A stretch of DNA of 23,220 nt from Candidatus Methylomirabilota bacterium (GCA_046726415.1 JBKPAK010000305.1:1-23220), one strand, 5' to 3'. Shown: positions 9,276 to 22,312, numbered from the stretch's first letter. A program made the numbers and translations. Notes: generated by a model from the letters alone, not told the origin.

Positions 9276-9802
9276 CGAGTTGCGGGCACTTGTGGGCCAT
9301 CGGGTATGACGACATGGAGCGGGCCAATCAGGTTCGCGACAAGATCACCAACCTGGGGTGGGACAAGCACTACCTCACTCTCGAAGACGTGGCGGTGGTC
9401 GTGCGGCACCCCGACGGATCGTTCACGCTCGACCGAGAGCCGTTCCCAGCGGCTTCCAACGTTCTGGGCTGCACTGCGGTGGGCTTCCTCGCCGGCCTGG
9501 TGCTCGGCGCGCCCCTGGTCGGCGCCGCGATCGGCGCCATAGCGGGGGGCGTCGGCACCGCGGTTACGGCTGCGGTTGGGATCGGCGACGACTTTGTCCG
9601 GGAGGTGGAAGGGTTGATGAAGCCAGGGACGTCCGCCCTTTTCGTCCTGGACAGCGAGGGGGATATGGACGTGATCCTGCACGCGATACGCGGCCTGGGC
9701 GGGACGGTGTTGAAGACCAACGTGGACCTGGAGCGGGCGCAACTGATCCAGTCCACCATGACCGCGGCTTCGGCCCAAACGAGCAGACCGGACGGCGAGT
9801 GA
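9272..9802 (+). CDS. DUF1269 family membrane protein
   Basis: LEDVAVVVRHPDG, Gly-zipper hydrophobic hairpin, GIGDDFVREV...MKPGTSALFVL, GGTVLKTN. ATGA overlap with the mdtO stop. Confidence 0.88.
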   Translation: MTSCGHLWAIGYDDMERANQVRDKITNLGWDKHYLTLEDVAVVVRHPDGSFTLDREPFPAASNVLGCTAVGFLAGLVLGAPLVGAAIGAIAGGVGTAVTAAVGIGDDFVREVEGLMKPGTSALFVLDSEGDMDVILHAIRGLGGTVLKTNVDLERAQLIQSTMTAASAQTSRPDGE

Positions 9803-9827
9803 AACTGCAAGGAGGCGAGGCGATTCT

Positions 9828-10450
9828 GACCTCGATCGAGCGATTCTCGAGCGGCATTCGATACGGAAGTTCCTGTCTCTCCCGGTGCCCTCGCCTTGGC
9901 CCAGCATGCGCCCTCGAACTCCAACATCCAGCCGTGGCGGCTGGTGTTCGTCAGCGGGACCGCCCGCGATCGCCTCAAGGACGCCCTGTTCAGGGTGGCC
10001 GACCACGAGGCGCCGCACATCCCCGCGCTGCCCAAAGCGTTCGAGCATTACCGCTATGAGCTGGGGGCGGCGGTGTACGGCTCGATGGGTATCACCATTG
10101 CCGATACGGCGAGGCACGCGGCCGCCGTGATGCGCAACTTCGAGTTCTTCGGCGCACCCTTGGCCGGTATCGTCTGCATGCACCGGGACCTTGGCCCGGC
10201 CGATTCCCTGAGCGGGGGCATGTATCTGCAGACTCTGATGCTGGGCCTGACTGCACGGGGGCTGGGCACGTGCGTGGAGGTCTCGGTGGCGGGGTATCCG
10301 GACGTCGTCCGGGCCGAGCTGAAGATCCCGCCGGAGCTCACGATCATCTGCGCCCTGGCCGTCGGCTATCCCGACCCGGACTTCCCGACCAACAAATTGC
10401 GCATCGGGCGCGACCCCGTCGAGAAGAACGTCGTGTTCCACAGCGACTGA
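9828..10450 (+). pseudogene. Nitroreductase family gene with damaged 5' end
   Basis: Core AQHAPSNSNIQPWR, NFEFFGAP, ICALAVGYPD is intact (9896-10450). The family N-terminus DLDRAILERHSIRKFLSLPVP (9828-9890) is in another frame and has no start codon after the AGGAGG at 9810-9815. Confidence 0.75.
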
Positions 10451-10532
10451 AATGTGGCCGTAACCCAGGGCAGACATCCGCGCCGAGCGCCCTGACAGCG
10501 CAGGTGCGGCGACACCAGGAGGAAGCACGGCG

Positions 10533-13043
10533 ATGAGCAGAAAGGATGCGGCGGCTCCTCGAGCCGCAACGGCAGCGGAGGCCATGGCTGCGATGCGCCG
10601 GCAATACGGATGCGGTCCCGTCGAGCTCACGGGTACCGCGCATGCGCTCTACGAGCGGCATCTGCTCTTCGACAACGTCGCCGACCCGGCGACCGCCCGA
10701 GCGCGTCAGCGCTACGAGGCCCTCGCCCGCTCCATCCGGGACATCCTCTCGCAGCGATGGGTCCGCACGGAGCAGACCTACGAGCGAGTGAACCCCAAGC
10801 GCATCTATTACCTCTCGATGGAGTTTCTGATCGGCCGCTCGCTGACCAACAACATCGCGAATCTGCTGCTCAGTCCCCTGGTGAGTGACGCCGTCAAGCA
10901 AACGTCTCTCGATTGGCTCGGCCTGCTCGAAGAGGAACCCGACGCCGGGCTGGGCAATGGCGGCCTCGGGCGGTTGGCCGCGTGCTTCCTCGACTCGATG
11001 GCCACCATGCAGTTGCCGGCCATGGGGTACGGACTCCGGTACGAGTACGGGATGTTCCGGCAAACCATCGAAGATGGGTGGCAACACGAGCAGCCCGACA
11101 ACTGGCTTCGCCGCCCCGACCCGTGGGAGGTCGCTCGGCCGGACGACAAGGTCGAGATCCCGCTGAACTCCTCGTTCGAAGTCCGGGAGGGAGCGCTGCG
11201 CCCCGTCGTGGGCCGGCTGTCCACCTTGATCGGCATTCCCTTCGATCGGCCGGTGGTGGGCTACGGGGGCAAGACGATCAACACGCTCCGCCTCTGGGCG
11301 GCCGCTGCCCCCGACTACTTCGATTTCCCGGCGTTCAGTCATGGCGAGTTCGTCGGCGCCGTGGCGGAGACCCTGGCCGCCGAGTCCCTCACGCGGGTCC
11401 TGTATCCCGACGACTCGACGATTCGGGGCCAAGGGCTGCGATTCGTGCAGGAGTACTTTCTCGTCGCCTGTTCGCTGACCGACCTGGTTCGACGGTTTCG
11501 GCGCACCAATGGAGACTGGAACGCGCTTCCCGCCAAGGTCGCCGTCCAGCTCAACGACACGCATCCGGCCATCGCCGTCTCCGAGCTCATGCGGACCTTG
11601 CTCGATGAGGTTCACCTGGGATGGGATCAGGCCTGGGACCTCACCCAGCGGACGCTGGCGTACACCAACCATACGCTGCTGCCCGAGGCGCTGGAAAAGT
11701 GGCCGCTGGCCTGGTTCGAGACGCTCCTGCCTCGCCATCTGGAGATCATCTTCGAGATCAACCGCCGATTGCTCGATGCCGTGCAGCGCCGCTTCCCCGG
11801 CGATGAGGGCCGGCTCGTGCGCACGAGCCTGGTCGAAGAGGGCCCGAGCAAGCACGTGCGCATGGCCCACCTCGCCATCGTCGGCTCGCACAGCACCAAT
11901 GGCGTGGCGGCGATCCACTCCGCGCTGCTGCGCACGGTCACCGTAAAAGACCTGGCCGAGATGTTCCCCGAGCGCTTCAGCAACAAGACCAATGGGGTGA
12001 CGCCGCGACGCTGGCTGCTGCTGGCCAACCCCGCCCTCGCCCGCCTCATCACCGAGGCTATCGGCGAGGGCTGGATGACCGACCTGGCCGAGCTGGCCAG
12101 GCTCAAGCCGCTCGCCGAGGACCGCGGTTTCCGCGACGCGTTTGGCGCGGCCAAGCGGGCGGCCAAGTCGGCCTTCGCGGACTGGCTCCGATCGACCTCG
12201 GGGCAGACGGTGGATCGGCTCACCATCTTCGACAGCCAGGTCAAGCGCATCCACGAATACAAGCGACAACTTCTCAATGCGCTGCGGATCGTCGTGCTCT
12301 ACAACCGATTGCGGGAGAACCCGACCCTCGAGATGACGCCGCGGACGTTCCTGTTCGCCGGCAAGGCCGCGCCGGCCTACCACCTGGCCAAGCTCATCAT
12401 CAAGCTCCTGAACAACCTCGCCGCCACCATCGACGCCGATCCGTCCGTCCGCGGGCGACTCAAAGTGGTATTTCTTCCCGAATACTGCGTGTCGTTGGCC
12501 GAGGGGCTGATTCCGGCCACCGACGTCTCCAATCAGATCTCGACCGCTGGCTACGAGGCGAGCGGCACGAGCAACATGAAGTTCATGATGAACGGCGCGC
12601 TGACCATCGGCACCCGCGATGGGGCGACGATCGAGATGGCGCACGAGGCCGGCGAGGAGAACTTCTTCCTCTTCGGCCTGACCGCGGAACAGGTGGCTGG
12701 CAGCCGCGGCTGGTACAACCCGCACTGGCACTACGACCACCAGCCAGAGATCCGGGCGGCGCTGGACCTGGTTTTCTCCGACCACTTCAGTCGCGACGAG
12801 CCGGGCATTTTTGCGCCCATGCGCGATACCCTGCTCACGCGCGGCGACTACTACATGCACCTGGCGGACCTCGCATCCTACCTCGAGGCCGACGCCAGCC
12901 TGTGCGCGCTGTACGCGGACCCGGACGCCTGGGCGCGCAAGGCCATCCTGAACGTGGCCAGCTCCGGGAAGTTCTCGAGCGACCGCACCATTGCCGAGTA
13001 CGCGACCGACATCTGGCACGTCAAGCCGTGCCCGGTGTCATGA
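10533..13043 (+). CDS. glgP: Glycogen/starch/alpha-glucan phosphorylase (GT35)
   Basis: [74 protein letters not shown]-lysine motif [26 protein letters not shown]. Confidence 0.97.
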   Translation: MSRKDAAAPRAATAAEAMAAMRRQYGCGPVELTGTAHALYERHLLFDNVADPATARARQRYEALARSIRDILSQRWVRTEQTYERVNPKRIYYLSMEFLIGRSLTNNIANLLLSPLVSDAVKQTSLDWLGLLEEEPDAGLGNGGLGRLAACFLDSMATMQLPAMGYGLRYEYGMFRQTIEDGWQHEQPDNWLRRPDPWEVARPDDKVEIPLNSSFEVREGALRPVVGRLSTLIGIPFDRPVVGYGGKTINTLRLWAAAAPDYFDFPAFSHGEFVGAVAETLAAESLTRVLYPDDSTIRGQGLRFVQEYFLVACSLTDLVRRFRRTNGDWNALPAKVAVQLNDTHPAIAVSELMRTLLDEVHLGWDQAWDLTQRTLAYTNHTLLPEALEKWPLAWFETLLPRHLEIIFEINRRLLDAVQRRFPGDEGRLVRTSLVEEGPSKHVRMAHLAIVGSHSTNGVAAIHSALLRTVTVKDLAEMFPERFSNKTNGVTPRRWLLLANPALARLITEAIGEGWMTDLAELARLKPLAEDRGFRDAFGAAKRAAKSAFADWLRSTSGQTVDRLTIFDSQVKRIHEYKRQLLNALRIVVLYNRLRENPTLEMTPRTFLFAGKAAPAYHLAKLIIKLLNNLAATIDADPSVRGRLKVVFLPEYCVSLAEGLIPATDVSNQISTAGYEASGTSNMKFMMNGALTIGTRDGATIEMAHEAGEENFFLFGLTAEQVAGSRGWYNPHWHYDHQPEIRAALDLVFSDHFSRDEPGIFAPMRDTLLTRGDYYMHLADLASYLEADASLCALYADPDAWARKAILNVASSGKFSSDRTIAEYATDIWHVKPCPVS

Positions 13044-14743
13044 AGGAGCTTGCGCTGATGGAACCTGCGATGGTCCACGATATGAAGGAGGCGGCCACGA
13101 TCTCTCCGCTGGCCGGCCACCCCGCCCCGAAGTCCATGCTGGTCGACCTGGCCCGGCTCGAGCGCGAGTACTACGAGCTGAGGCCGGACGTGGCCGATCC
13201 GACCCAGCTCGTCAGCTTCGGGACGAGCGGGCACCGGGGCTCCCCGTTCCGCGGCTCGTTCACCGAGGCCCACATCGCGGCGATCACGCAGGCCATCTGC
13301 GACTACCGCCGCGGGCAGGGGATCGACGGCCCGCTCTACATGGGAAAGGACACGCACGCCCTGTCGGAGCCGGCCCAGCGCACCGCCCTCGAGGTGCTGG
13401 CCGCCAACGGCGTCGAGACCATCATCCAGCGCGACGCCGGCGTCACGCCGACGCCCGTCATCTCGCGGGCCATCCTCGTCTACAACCGCGGCCGCCAGGA
13501 GCACTTCGCGGACGGCATCGTCGTGACGCCGTCACACAACCCCCCCGAAGACGGCGGCTTCAAGTACAACCCGCCCAACGGCGGACCGGCCGACACGGAC
13601 GTGACCGGGTGGGTTCAGGACCGCGCCAACGCGTTGCTGCGGGCGGGCAACGCCGGCGTGAAGCGGGTGCCGTTTGCCACGGCCATCAAGGGGCCGGGCA
13701 CCCACCAAGAAGACTTCGTCCTGCCGTACGTCCAGGATCTGAGAAACGTCGTGGACATGGACCTCATCCGGGGCGCCGGCCTCGAGCTGGGCGTGGACCC
13801 GCTGGGGGGCGCCGCCGCGCCGTACTGGGAGCCGATCAACTCGGTCTACGGGCTCCACATCGCCGTGGTGAACCCGGCCATCGACCCGACCTTCTCGTTC
13901 ATGACGGTGGATCACGACGGCAGGATCCGCATGGACCCCTCGAGCCCGTACGCGATGGCGCGGCTCGTCGGGCTGAAAGATCGGTTCCGCGTCGCCTTTG
14001 CCAACGATCCCGACTCGGACCGACACGGTATCGTGACGCGCTCGGCGGGGCTGATGAACCCCAACCACTTCCTGGCCGTGGCCATCCGCTACCTGCTCAC
14101 CCACCGGCCCCGCTGGCCGGCCCACGCGGCCGTCGGCAAGACACTGGTGAGCAGCAGCCTCATCGACCGCGTCGTCGAGAAGCTCGGCCGCCGGCTCGCC
14201 GAGGTGCCGGTGGGTTTCAAGTGGTTCGTGCCGGGCCTGTTCGACGGCTCGTACTGCTTTGGCGGCGAGGAGAGCGCCGGGGCCAGCTTCCTGCGGCACG
14301 ACGGCACCGTGTGGACGACCGACAAGGACGGCCCGATCGTGGACCTGCTGGCCGCCGAAATTACCGCCCGCACGGGCAAGGATCCCGGCGAGCACTACCG
14401 GGAGCTGAAGGCAGAGTTCGGGACATTCTATTACACGCGGATCGACGCGCCGGCCACCCCCGAGCAAAAGGCCCGACTGCAGAAGCTGTCACCCGACGCC
14501 ATCAAGGAAGAGACGCTCGCCGGCGAGCCGATCACCGCCAAGCTGACCAGAGCCCCAGGCAACGACGCCGCGATCGGCGGACTGAAGATCGTGACGGCGA
14601 GCGGATGGTTCGCGGCTCGGCCGTCGGGCACGGAGAGCATCTACAAGATCTACGCGGAGAGTTTCAGGGGTGAGGCGCACCTGGACGCGCTCGTGAACGA
14701 GGCGCAGGAGCTCGTCTCCACCGCGCTAAGCGGGGGCGTTTGA
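13040..14743 (+). CDS. pgm: Phosphoglucomutase (alpha-D-glucose-1,6-bisphosphate dependent)
   Basis: FGTSGHRG, catalytic TPSHNPP, metal loop [23 protein letters not shown] 13040 overlaps the glgP stop (ATGA); a later ATG such as 13082 is also possible. Confidence 0.96.
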   Translation: MKELALMEPAMVHDMKEAATISPLAGHPAPKSMLVDLARLEREYYELRPDVADPTQLVSFGTSGHRGSPFRGSFTEAHIAAITQAICDYRRGQGIDGPLYMGKDTHALSEPAQRTALEVLAANGVETIIQRDAGVTPTPVISRAILVYNRGRQEHFADGIVVTPSHNPPEDGGFKYNPPNGGPADTDVTGWVQDRANALLRAGNAGVKRVPFATAIKGPGTHQEDFVLPYVQDLRNVVDMDLIRGAGLELGVDPLGGAAAPYWEPINSVYGLHIAVVNPAIDPTFSFMTVDHDGRIRMDPSSPYAMARLVGLKDRFRVAFANDPDSDRHGIVTRSAGLMNPNHFLAVAIRYLLTHRPRWPAHAAVGKTLVSSSLIDRVVEKLGRRLAEVPVGFKWFVPGLFDGSYCFGGEESAGASFLRHDGTVWTTDKDGPIVDLLAAEITARTGKDPGEHYRELKAEFGTFYYTRIDAPATPEQKARLQKLSPDAIKEETLAGEPITAKLTRAPGNDAAIGGLKIVTASGWFAARPSGTESIYKIYAESFRGEAHLDALVNEAQELVSTALSGGV

Positions 14744-14835
14744 GCCGACTCTGTGCCCGGATCTCTGACGGGGACGCGCGTCGGACATGCGGCTACCGCC
14801 GATGCCGCCACCGGCCAGGGAGCTCCGGGGCCGCC

Positions 14836-16913
<2,078 letters not shown>

Positions 16914-17289
16914 CCTCGGAGTCCACAGCTTGACCCAATGGCTGACCGCCTCATGCGGCACGACGTCGCATCCGGCTTCGCTCGCCCCGCGAGCGATGAA
17001 AGGCCTGCGCCGCCACGCGGGGGACCGCGGGCGCTTGGGTTGACAGTCCTTTCTGCTGACCACGTCGTCGTCCTTGCCCCCATCTTGCCCTCGCTGCACC
17101 GCACCAGCGATGACGTCGGGGGTGGCCAGCTCTCAAGGTGCCAGCCAAGACAGGGGCCGGACCGCGAAGCTCAAAGTGCGTTTCCATCACCCTCCAGAGC
17201 GAGAGATCACTGATCGCACGAAAACTCCGAGCGCTTGACCGTCGAGGGGAGCCGCCTCGGTCGGTGGTCGAGACCGAGAGGAGGCGAGC

Positions 17290-18060
17290 ATGAAGCGACT
17301 CTGGATCGTGTTGGCCGTCGTGTTGACCTTCGGCTTCACCGTCTTGGGCTGGGTGGGCAGCCGGATCTACCAGGAGATGCCTCCCATCCCGGAGCGGATC
17401 GTCACGACCGACGGCCAGGTGGCGCTCCCGACGGGACCATTCGCAAGGGCCAGGCCGTGTGGCAGACGTTGGGGGGGATGGAGGTGGGCTCGATCTGGGG
17501 TCATGGCAGCTACGTGGCGCCCGATTGGACGGCCAATTGGCTGCATCGCGAGTGCGAGCAGATCCTGGACGACTGGGCGCGGTTCGAGCACGCCAGGCCG
17601 TACGCCGCCTGGGGCGGAGCCGCAGGCCGCGTTGCGCGAACGGCTGCGGCTGACGTTGCGGGCCAACCGCTACGACCCGGCCACGGGAACGCTGACCACG
17701 GCGCCCTCTTCGGTGTCTACGGCACGCTGGGCCTGGGTCTGACCCTGATGTGCCTGCGCGCTCTCCAAGCCGACCGCGATTGGAAGGAAGGCTTGCTCGG
17801 GTTCTCCTTCTGGGCGATGAACGGAGGCCTCATGGCCATGATCGCGCTGAGCCTGCTGCCCGTAGGGCTTCTGCAGACCGTGGCGTCAGTCAAACACGGC
17901 TACTGGTATTCCCGCAGCGGCGAGTTCCTCGGCCAAGGCCTCATGCAGACTCTGCGCTGGCTGCGCATGCCGGGGGATACGCTGTTTGCGATCGGGGCGA
18001 TCGGGTTCGTGGTCTTCGTCTTCGGTCTGGGCTTCGGATACTCCCTCGCGGACAAGGGGC
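17290..18060 (+). pseudogene. Quinol-dependent nitric-oxide reductase (qNor/NorZ-type large subunit), internally deleted remnant
   Basis: GGAGG RBS; MKRLW...IYQEMPPIPERIVT, GQAVWQTLGGMEVGSIWGHGSYVAPDWTANWLHRE and RANRYDPATGTLT are joined directly to the C-terminal HGALFGVYG...SLLPVGLLQ...GYWYSRS...LRWLRMPGD. Frameshifts near 17434 and 17609; junction near 17696. End coordinate approximate. Confidence 0.9.
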
Positions 18061-18625
18061 GAATGAGGGATGAATGGTTCTTTCTCGGCGATTCGAGGTG
18101 TTGCCGTGGGCGCGGCGCTCGTGGTGGTCACGGGCGGCCGGCGCGACAGGGCTTTGAAAAGCCTACGCCTCAACGCCAGGCCCTCCGGTGGCGGCCGTCC
18201 CCTCCGTGCCGCGGTCAGGGTAACGCAACGTCCCAGACTCGGACGGACGCTGGCGGCCCGAAGGGCCGATGCCACAGCGCCCCGCCGGTACATCTAGACC
18301 TCCCGGCACCAGGACCTTCTCGATCAGCTGGAGTCTTGCATGCGGCAGTCGGGATCGGTCAGCGCGAGCGAGGTCATATCGTTGGGCCATCGTGTTGAGG
18401 ATTCTGTGACCCGTTCGCGGCGGTCAGTCGGGCTGATTGTCGCGTGGTCGTGCTCGCTCAGATGCGCCGAACGTCGGACCAATATTATGTGGCGACAAAA
18501 CCCGCCGGCAGACCGTCGCTTTTGGCCTCAGTGCCCCTGACGTCATCTTGCCAGACTCGACTTTGACGACGTCGTAGCGGCTCCGGCCCGCCGTCGATCA
18601 GCAACCGATATCGTCGTCAACAGGA

Positions 18626-19147
18626 TCAGCCTGCTCTTTTCAGGGCGCTCGATCGCCTCCGCTGTCGCTCCGACTGGAGTCGGCGCTTCTCGACGGCGAC
18701 GTGAAACAAGTGGGTCAGCCGACGCTGCGCGTCAGCCCAGGTCTTCGTCCCCAATTCGCGAAGGACTCTGTCTTGCGCCTGAGTCCATAGCGGCCGCGCG
18801 ACCTCCAGGGTCCGCCTCCCCTTTGCCGTGAGCCGCATCGCCCTGATGCGTCGGTCTGGGTCCGACGCGCGCTCGATCACGCCATCGCGTTCCAAGAGGT
18901 TGAGGCTGCGCGTGAGCGTCGTTTGATCGATGGCCAGCGCGGCCTCGAGCTGCTTCAGGTTGGCCTCGCCTCGACGCGCGATGGTTGCCAGGACGCTGAA
19001 CTGCGTCACCCGAAGGCCGCTGGGCCGCAGGACTTCGTCGTACAGCTGCGTCACCGCGCGGGTGACCATGCGAAGCGTGCTGCAGACACAGGGCGACAGC
19101 CGGGCCGGGTCACGTGCACCAGTCAATCTGGATGTTCGTCGCGCCAT
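18626..19147 (-). CDS. MarR family winged-helix transcriptional regulator
   Basis: CVCSTLRMVTRAVTQLYDEVLRPSGLRVTQFSVL, IDQTTLTRSLNLLERDGVI, DRRIRAMRLTAKG. Confidence 0.92.
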   Translation of the reverse strand: MARRTSRLTGARDPARLSPCVCSTLRMVTRAVTQLYDEVLRPSGLRVTQFSVLATIARRGEANLKQLEAALAIDQTTLTRSLNLLERDGVIERASDPDRRIRAMRLTAKGRRTLEVARPLWTQAQDRVLRELGTKTWADAQRRLTHLFHVAVEKRRLQSERQRRRSSALKRAG

Positions 19148-19191
19148 GGCGCCATTTTACCCTATCAGCCCTCGGACCATGGAGCCGAGCG

Positions 19192-19210
19192 ATATGCATG
19201 TGGCGCATAT
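19192..19210. promoter_or_regulatory. Candidate MarR operator, inverted repeat ATATGC-N7-GCATAT
   Basis: Perfect 6-bp arms in an AT-rich patch between marR and the divergent oxidoreductase remnant. MarR proteins typically bind palindromes in such divergent spacers. Confidence 0.45.
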
Positions 19211-19296
19211 TGAACATGCTCATACATTACAGTTGGGGCCATCGACGGAGGCTCACCGGCGTCCAACGAAACGGGAGCCGGGCTCCGGAGGGCGAT

Positions 19297-19780
19297 ATGG
19301 CGGACCACGGGTGGAAGCGGACGGCGTGCATTCTCTGTTAGGTGAACTGCGGTCTCGAGGTCGCGACCGAGGGCCGCGCCATCGTGCGTGTGTGCGGCGA
19401 CAGTGCGAACGAGCGCTCGCACGGCTACCTCTGCCAGAAGGCGCAAGGCCTGAACTGGTATGGCAATCACGCCGACCGATTGACCACCCCGCAGACCGCG
19501 GTGCCCTGCACGGCAGGGCGGCCTAGCTCCTCACCGAGGTCCCGAAGCTCGTCCCGATCGCCCCCGTGCTGCTCTACCAAACCATTGGCGCGACCTTGCC
19601 TGCCGGGGCGGCGGCGGCCGCGCCCCTCTGGGCAGCCTGCCATCGGACGGCCGCCGATCATCCATGCGCCGTGCAGCGGTCGAGACCAGGACCGGTCGCA
19701 TCATCGCTCGCGTGGAGACCGATGCATCGATGCGCCGTGGTCTCGTCGCCCTGCCGCACGGCTACGGCCAGCAATATCCA
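19297..19780 (+). pseudogene. Molybdopterin (bis-MGD) oxidoreductase remnant in three fused fragments
   Basis: GGAGGG RBS; MADHGWKRTACILC*VNCGLEV...GD...SHGYLCQK...RLTTP (4Fe-4S motif with TAG at 19339-19341); mid fragment ADRGALHGRAA*LLTE...LLYQTIGATLPAGAAAAAPLW; C-terminal dinucleotide-binding fragment VETRTGRIIARVETDASMRRGLVALPHGYG. Confidence 0.8.
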
Positions 19781-20188
19781 CGGATGGTATCAACCGCCAT
19801 CGGACTCCCGCTTGGCACCAGGCAGTCCGCGACCTGACCGACGGCCGGGGCGCAGATCATGTCCTCGAAATGGCCGGAGGCGACAACGTTCAGAAGTCCC
19901 TGGAGGCAGTCGCGGTTGGCGGCCGCATCTCGCTCGTGGGCCTACTCGAAGCAACGGACTTCCGGATGTCCATCCTGCCGCTCCTCTTCAGCCGCGATCG
20001 TCGGAATTGGCGTCGGTCATCGCCGGGCGCTGGAAGACATGGTGCGTGCCGTGGACCGGATCGGGCTCAAGCCCGTGATCGACTCGCGGTACAGCTTCGC
20101 CGACCTGCCCACAGCGATGACCCATCTTCGTCGGGGCGCCTTCGGCAAGGTGGTCGTTCAGGTGCGGGATCCCGGAACTGAAGCTTGA
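19780..20188 (+). pseudogene. C-terminal half of an MDR-family NAD(P)-dependent alcohol dehydrogenase/quinone reductase
   Basis: GINRHRTPAWHQAVRDLTDGRGADHVLEMAGG...GGRISLVGLL, frame change near 19995, then IVGIGVGHRRALEDM...KPVIDSRYSF...GAFGKVVV. N-terminal half absent. Confidence 0.82.
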
Positions 20189-20342
20189 GAAGGAGCAAGG
20201 ACCACACGCCATCCTGATGCAAGACCCTTCGCCCGTGTCAGTGCGTGCGCCGCCGGCTGCCCGCTCCGTCGCGCTCTCTTGCGGCAGTTTCCGCTTCGTT
20301 CATCTCTTCGGAGCCGCAGAGGCCCAGAAACGGAGTGACACC

Positions 20343-22155
20343 ATGTCGCGTGAGGATCCGAAGGTCGATACGTGGCTCAGTGATGCTCAGCTCGCCGAAA
20401 TGTGCCAGAGCTGATACTGATCCGTTCCCGTCACCCATTCCCACTCAGATCGTGTCGAACGGCGAGTGGATGCCGATGCCGCAAACCGAGGAACAGCAGC
20501 GCATCGAGGCGCGCACGAACGAGCTCGCGGCCGCCGCCGCCAAGAAGCTCGGCATGAGCCGCCGGAAGTTCCTGGCGACCACCGGAGGCATGGCCGCCAC
20601 ATTCCTGGCGATGAACGAGGTCTTCGGGCGCCACTTCAACGTGAGCCGCGACGCGTTGTACGAGGGCGAGGCGTTCGCGGCGGACGGTCCTCCCAAGGAC
20701 CTGTTCATCTTCGACGACCAGCTCCACATGATCCGCCAGAGCAAGACCGAGGAGAACCGGGCGCTGCGGGCTCTCGCGCAGGGACATCCCGGGGCGGCGG
20801 AGTCCCATACGAATCCATTCAACCCACCGCTCGGGAGTCTCGCCGGCACCGCCCAGCTGCCCGACGAGCTCGCGTTGCGCGGCAACCTGGACGACTCGAA
20901 CGGTTTTTGGAGAAACTGGAACCCGGCACTGATCGGCGATCCGATGGACCACGAGATCTTCCACCTTCAGGCGTTCATCAAGTCGCTGTTCCTCGACAGC
21001 CAGATGACGGTCGGCCTGCTCAGCAACATCACCGGGTTTCTCCCCGTGTTCGTCTCCGGTCCAGAACCGAAGAACGTGTTCGACGCTCGCAGCATCGAAG
21101 TGCTCACGGCTGACCAGACCGTCGGCGTGAGAGATTTCGTCAACAAGCTCGCCGGCTCACAGCGTCTCTACGCCCACGGGCTCCTCTATCCGGGTACGGC
21201 CAACCTGTTCGAGATCCAGCGGCAGATCGATCACAACCAGCCGGACGCGTGGAAAGGCTACTGCGTGTCCCTGGCCGCCAAACAGATCACGGATCCGGCC
21301 GGCGACTCGATGAAGCAGTGGAGGCTCGATGACGAGCAGGTCATGTATCCGACGTTCGAGCTGATCAGGAAGTTCCAGAACATCCTGAGGCACGAGCGGC
21401 CGGGGTTCGGCAACATCTGCGTGCACAAAGGATTCGCCCCGCCTCCGCACGACGCCGCACACGACAACCCCGAGAACGGGAACCCGGAGGACCTGCCGAA
21501 GGCCGCACGCGACTGGCCAACCTTCAACTTCATCATCTACCACTCGTGCATCAGGCCAGTCCTCTTCTACAACCCCACACCCCTCGCCAACCTGCTCAGT
21601 GCGCAGCCGGTTCTCCGCGAGGGTGTACCCGACATCGAATGGACCACGCGCTTCGCTCAAGTCTCTCGGAGCCTCCACAACGTCTATGCCGAGGTCGGCT
21701 CGACGTTCGCGTCGACGATCATCACCTTCCCTTCGGTGTGGGCGCACATCATCGGCCAGCTCCTCCAGAACATGGGATCGCACCGAGTCGTGTTCGGCTC
21801 GGACTCGCTGTGGTACGGCTCGCCACAGTGGCAGTATGAGGCCTTCTGGCGGTTCCAGATTCCCGAGCAGCTGCAGGACAAGTGGAACTACCCGGAGATC
21901 AAGGAAGCCGACAAGCGGAACATCATCGGCCTCAACTCCGCGCGCCTGTACCACGTCGCCCCCAGGCTCCCGAAGAAGTTCGGGGCGATCGCGCAAGACT
22001 GGGAGAGTAGGCTTCCCGCGGACCTGGCAAGCCTCAGGACGCTGCTCGAGTTCCCCCACGCCTCGGACAACATCTCGAAGATGCGTGAGCGCTATCTCGC
22101 CGAGGGCGCAAATCCCGATCACAAGCGCTACGGCTGGATCCGGACACTGGTCTAG
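20343..22155 (+). CDS. Amidohydrolase-family (Amidohydro_2) metal-dependent hydrolase, apparent frameshift near 20395
   Basis: Motifs DDQLH, AWKGY, ICVHKG, IIYHS, NVYAEVGSTF, VVFGSDSLWYGSPQW, IIGLNSARLY. GGAG RBS plus ATG 20343 (MSREDPKVDTWLSDAQLA) is one base out of frame with KCARADTDPFPSPIPTQIVSNGE. Confidence 0.85.
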
Positions 22156-22173
22156 CAAAAGCGATCGGGCAGC

Positions 22174-22207
22174 GACGGGCGCGGCTCCCGGCGGGGCCGC
22201 GCCCGTC
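22174..22207 (+). terminator. Strong GC hairpin downstream of the amidohydrolase (terminator-like, no U tract)
   Basis: GACGGGCGCGGCTCC-cggc-GGGGCCGCGCCCGTC: 15-bp stem with one G-U pair, 18 nt after the stop codon. Confidence 0.55.
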
Positions 22208-22312
22208 TCCACGCACTGAAACGTTCGTCGCGTTCGCGAGTCGCGGTCGCTGCGAGAGCGGACGAATGATCTCGAGGCGCGGAGCCGTCCCGTCCGCGAC
22301 GTGCAAGTTCGG

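Noticed and set aside
10344..13019. 891-aa minus-strand ORF, and similar ones at 15591-17099, 9158-10630 and 21157-22404
   Set aside because: Antisense shadows of well-supported + strand genes (glgP, glgX, DUF1269/nitroreductase, amidohydrolase).
16914..17289. FNR/DNR box or ncRNA upstream of qNor, and short ORFs such as 16938-17213
   Set aside because: Only half-sites (TTGAC, CTGAT) without the TTGAT-N4-ATCAA partner, no recognisable RNA motif, and the ORFs lack RBS or family features.
17290..18060. NO dismutase (Nod) rather than qNor
   Set aside because: The active-site region that would best distinguish them is in the deleted segment, so the call cannot be supported.
17235..18398. 387-aa ORF as a novel truncated NO-reductase-like protein
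   Set aside because: It stitches two qNor fragments with out-of-frame junk at both ends; the real RBS and start (17290) are in another frame.
19339..19341. In-frame TAG inside the CxxC-xxC Fe-S motif as pyrrolysine or readthrough recoding
   Set aside because: The same gene has a second TAG and large deletions, TAG is used as a normal stop elsewhere (2098, 5470, 22155), and it is not the UGA used for selenocysteine.
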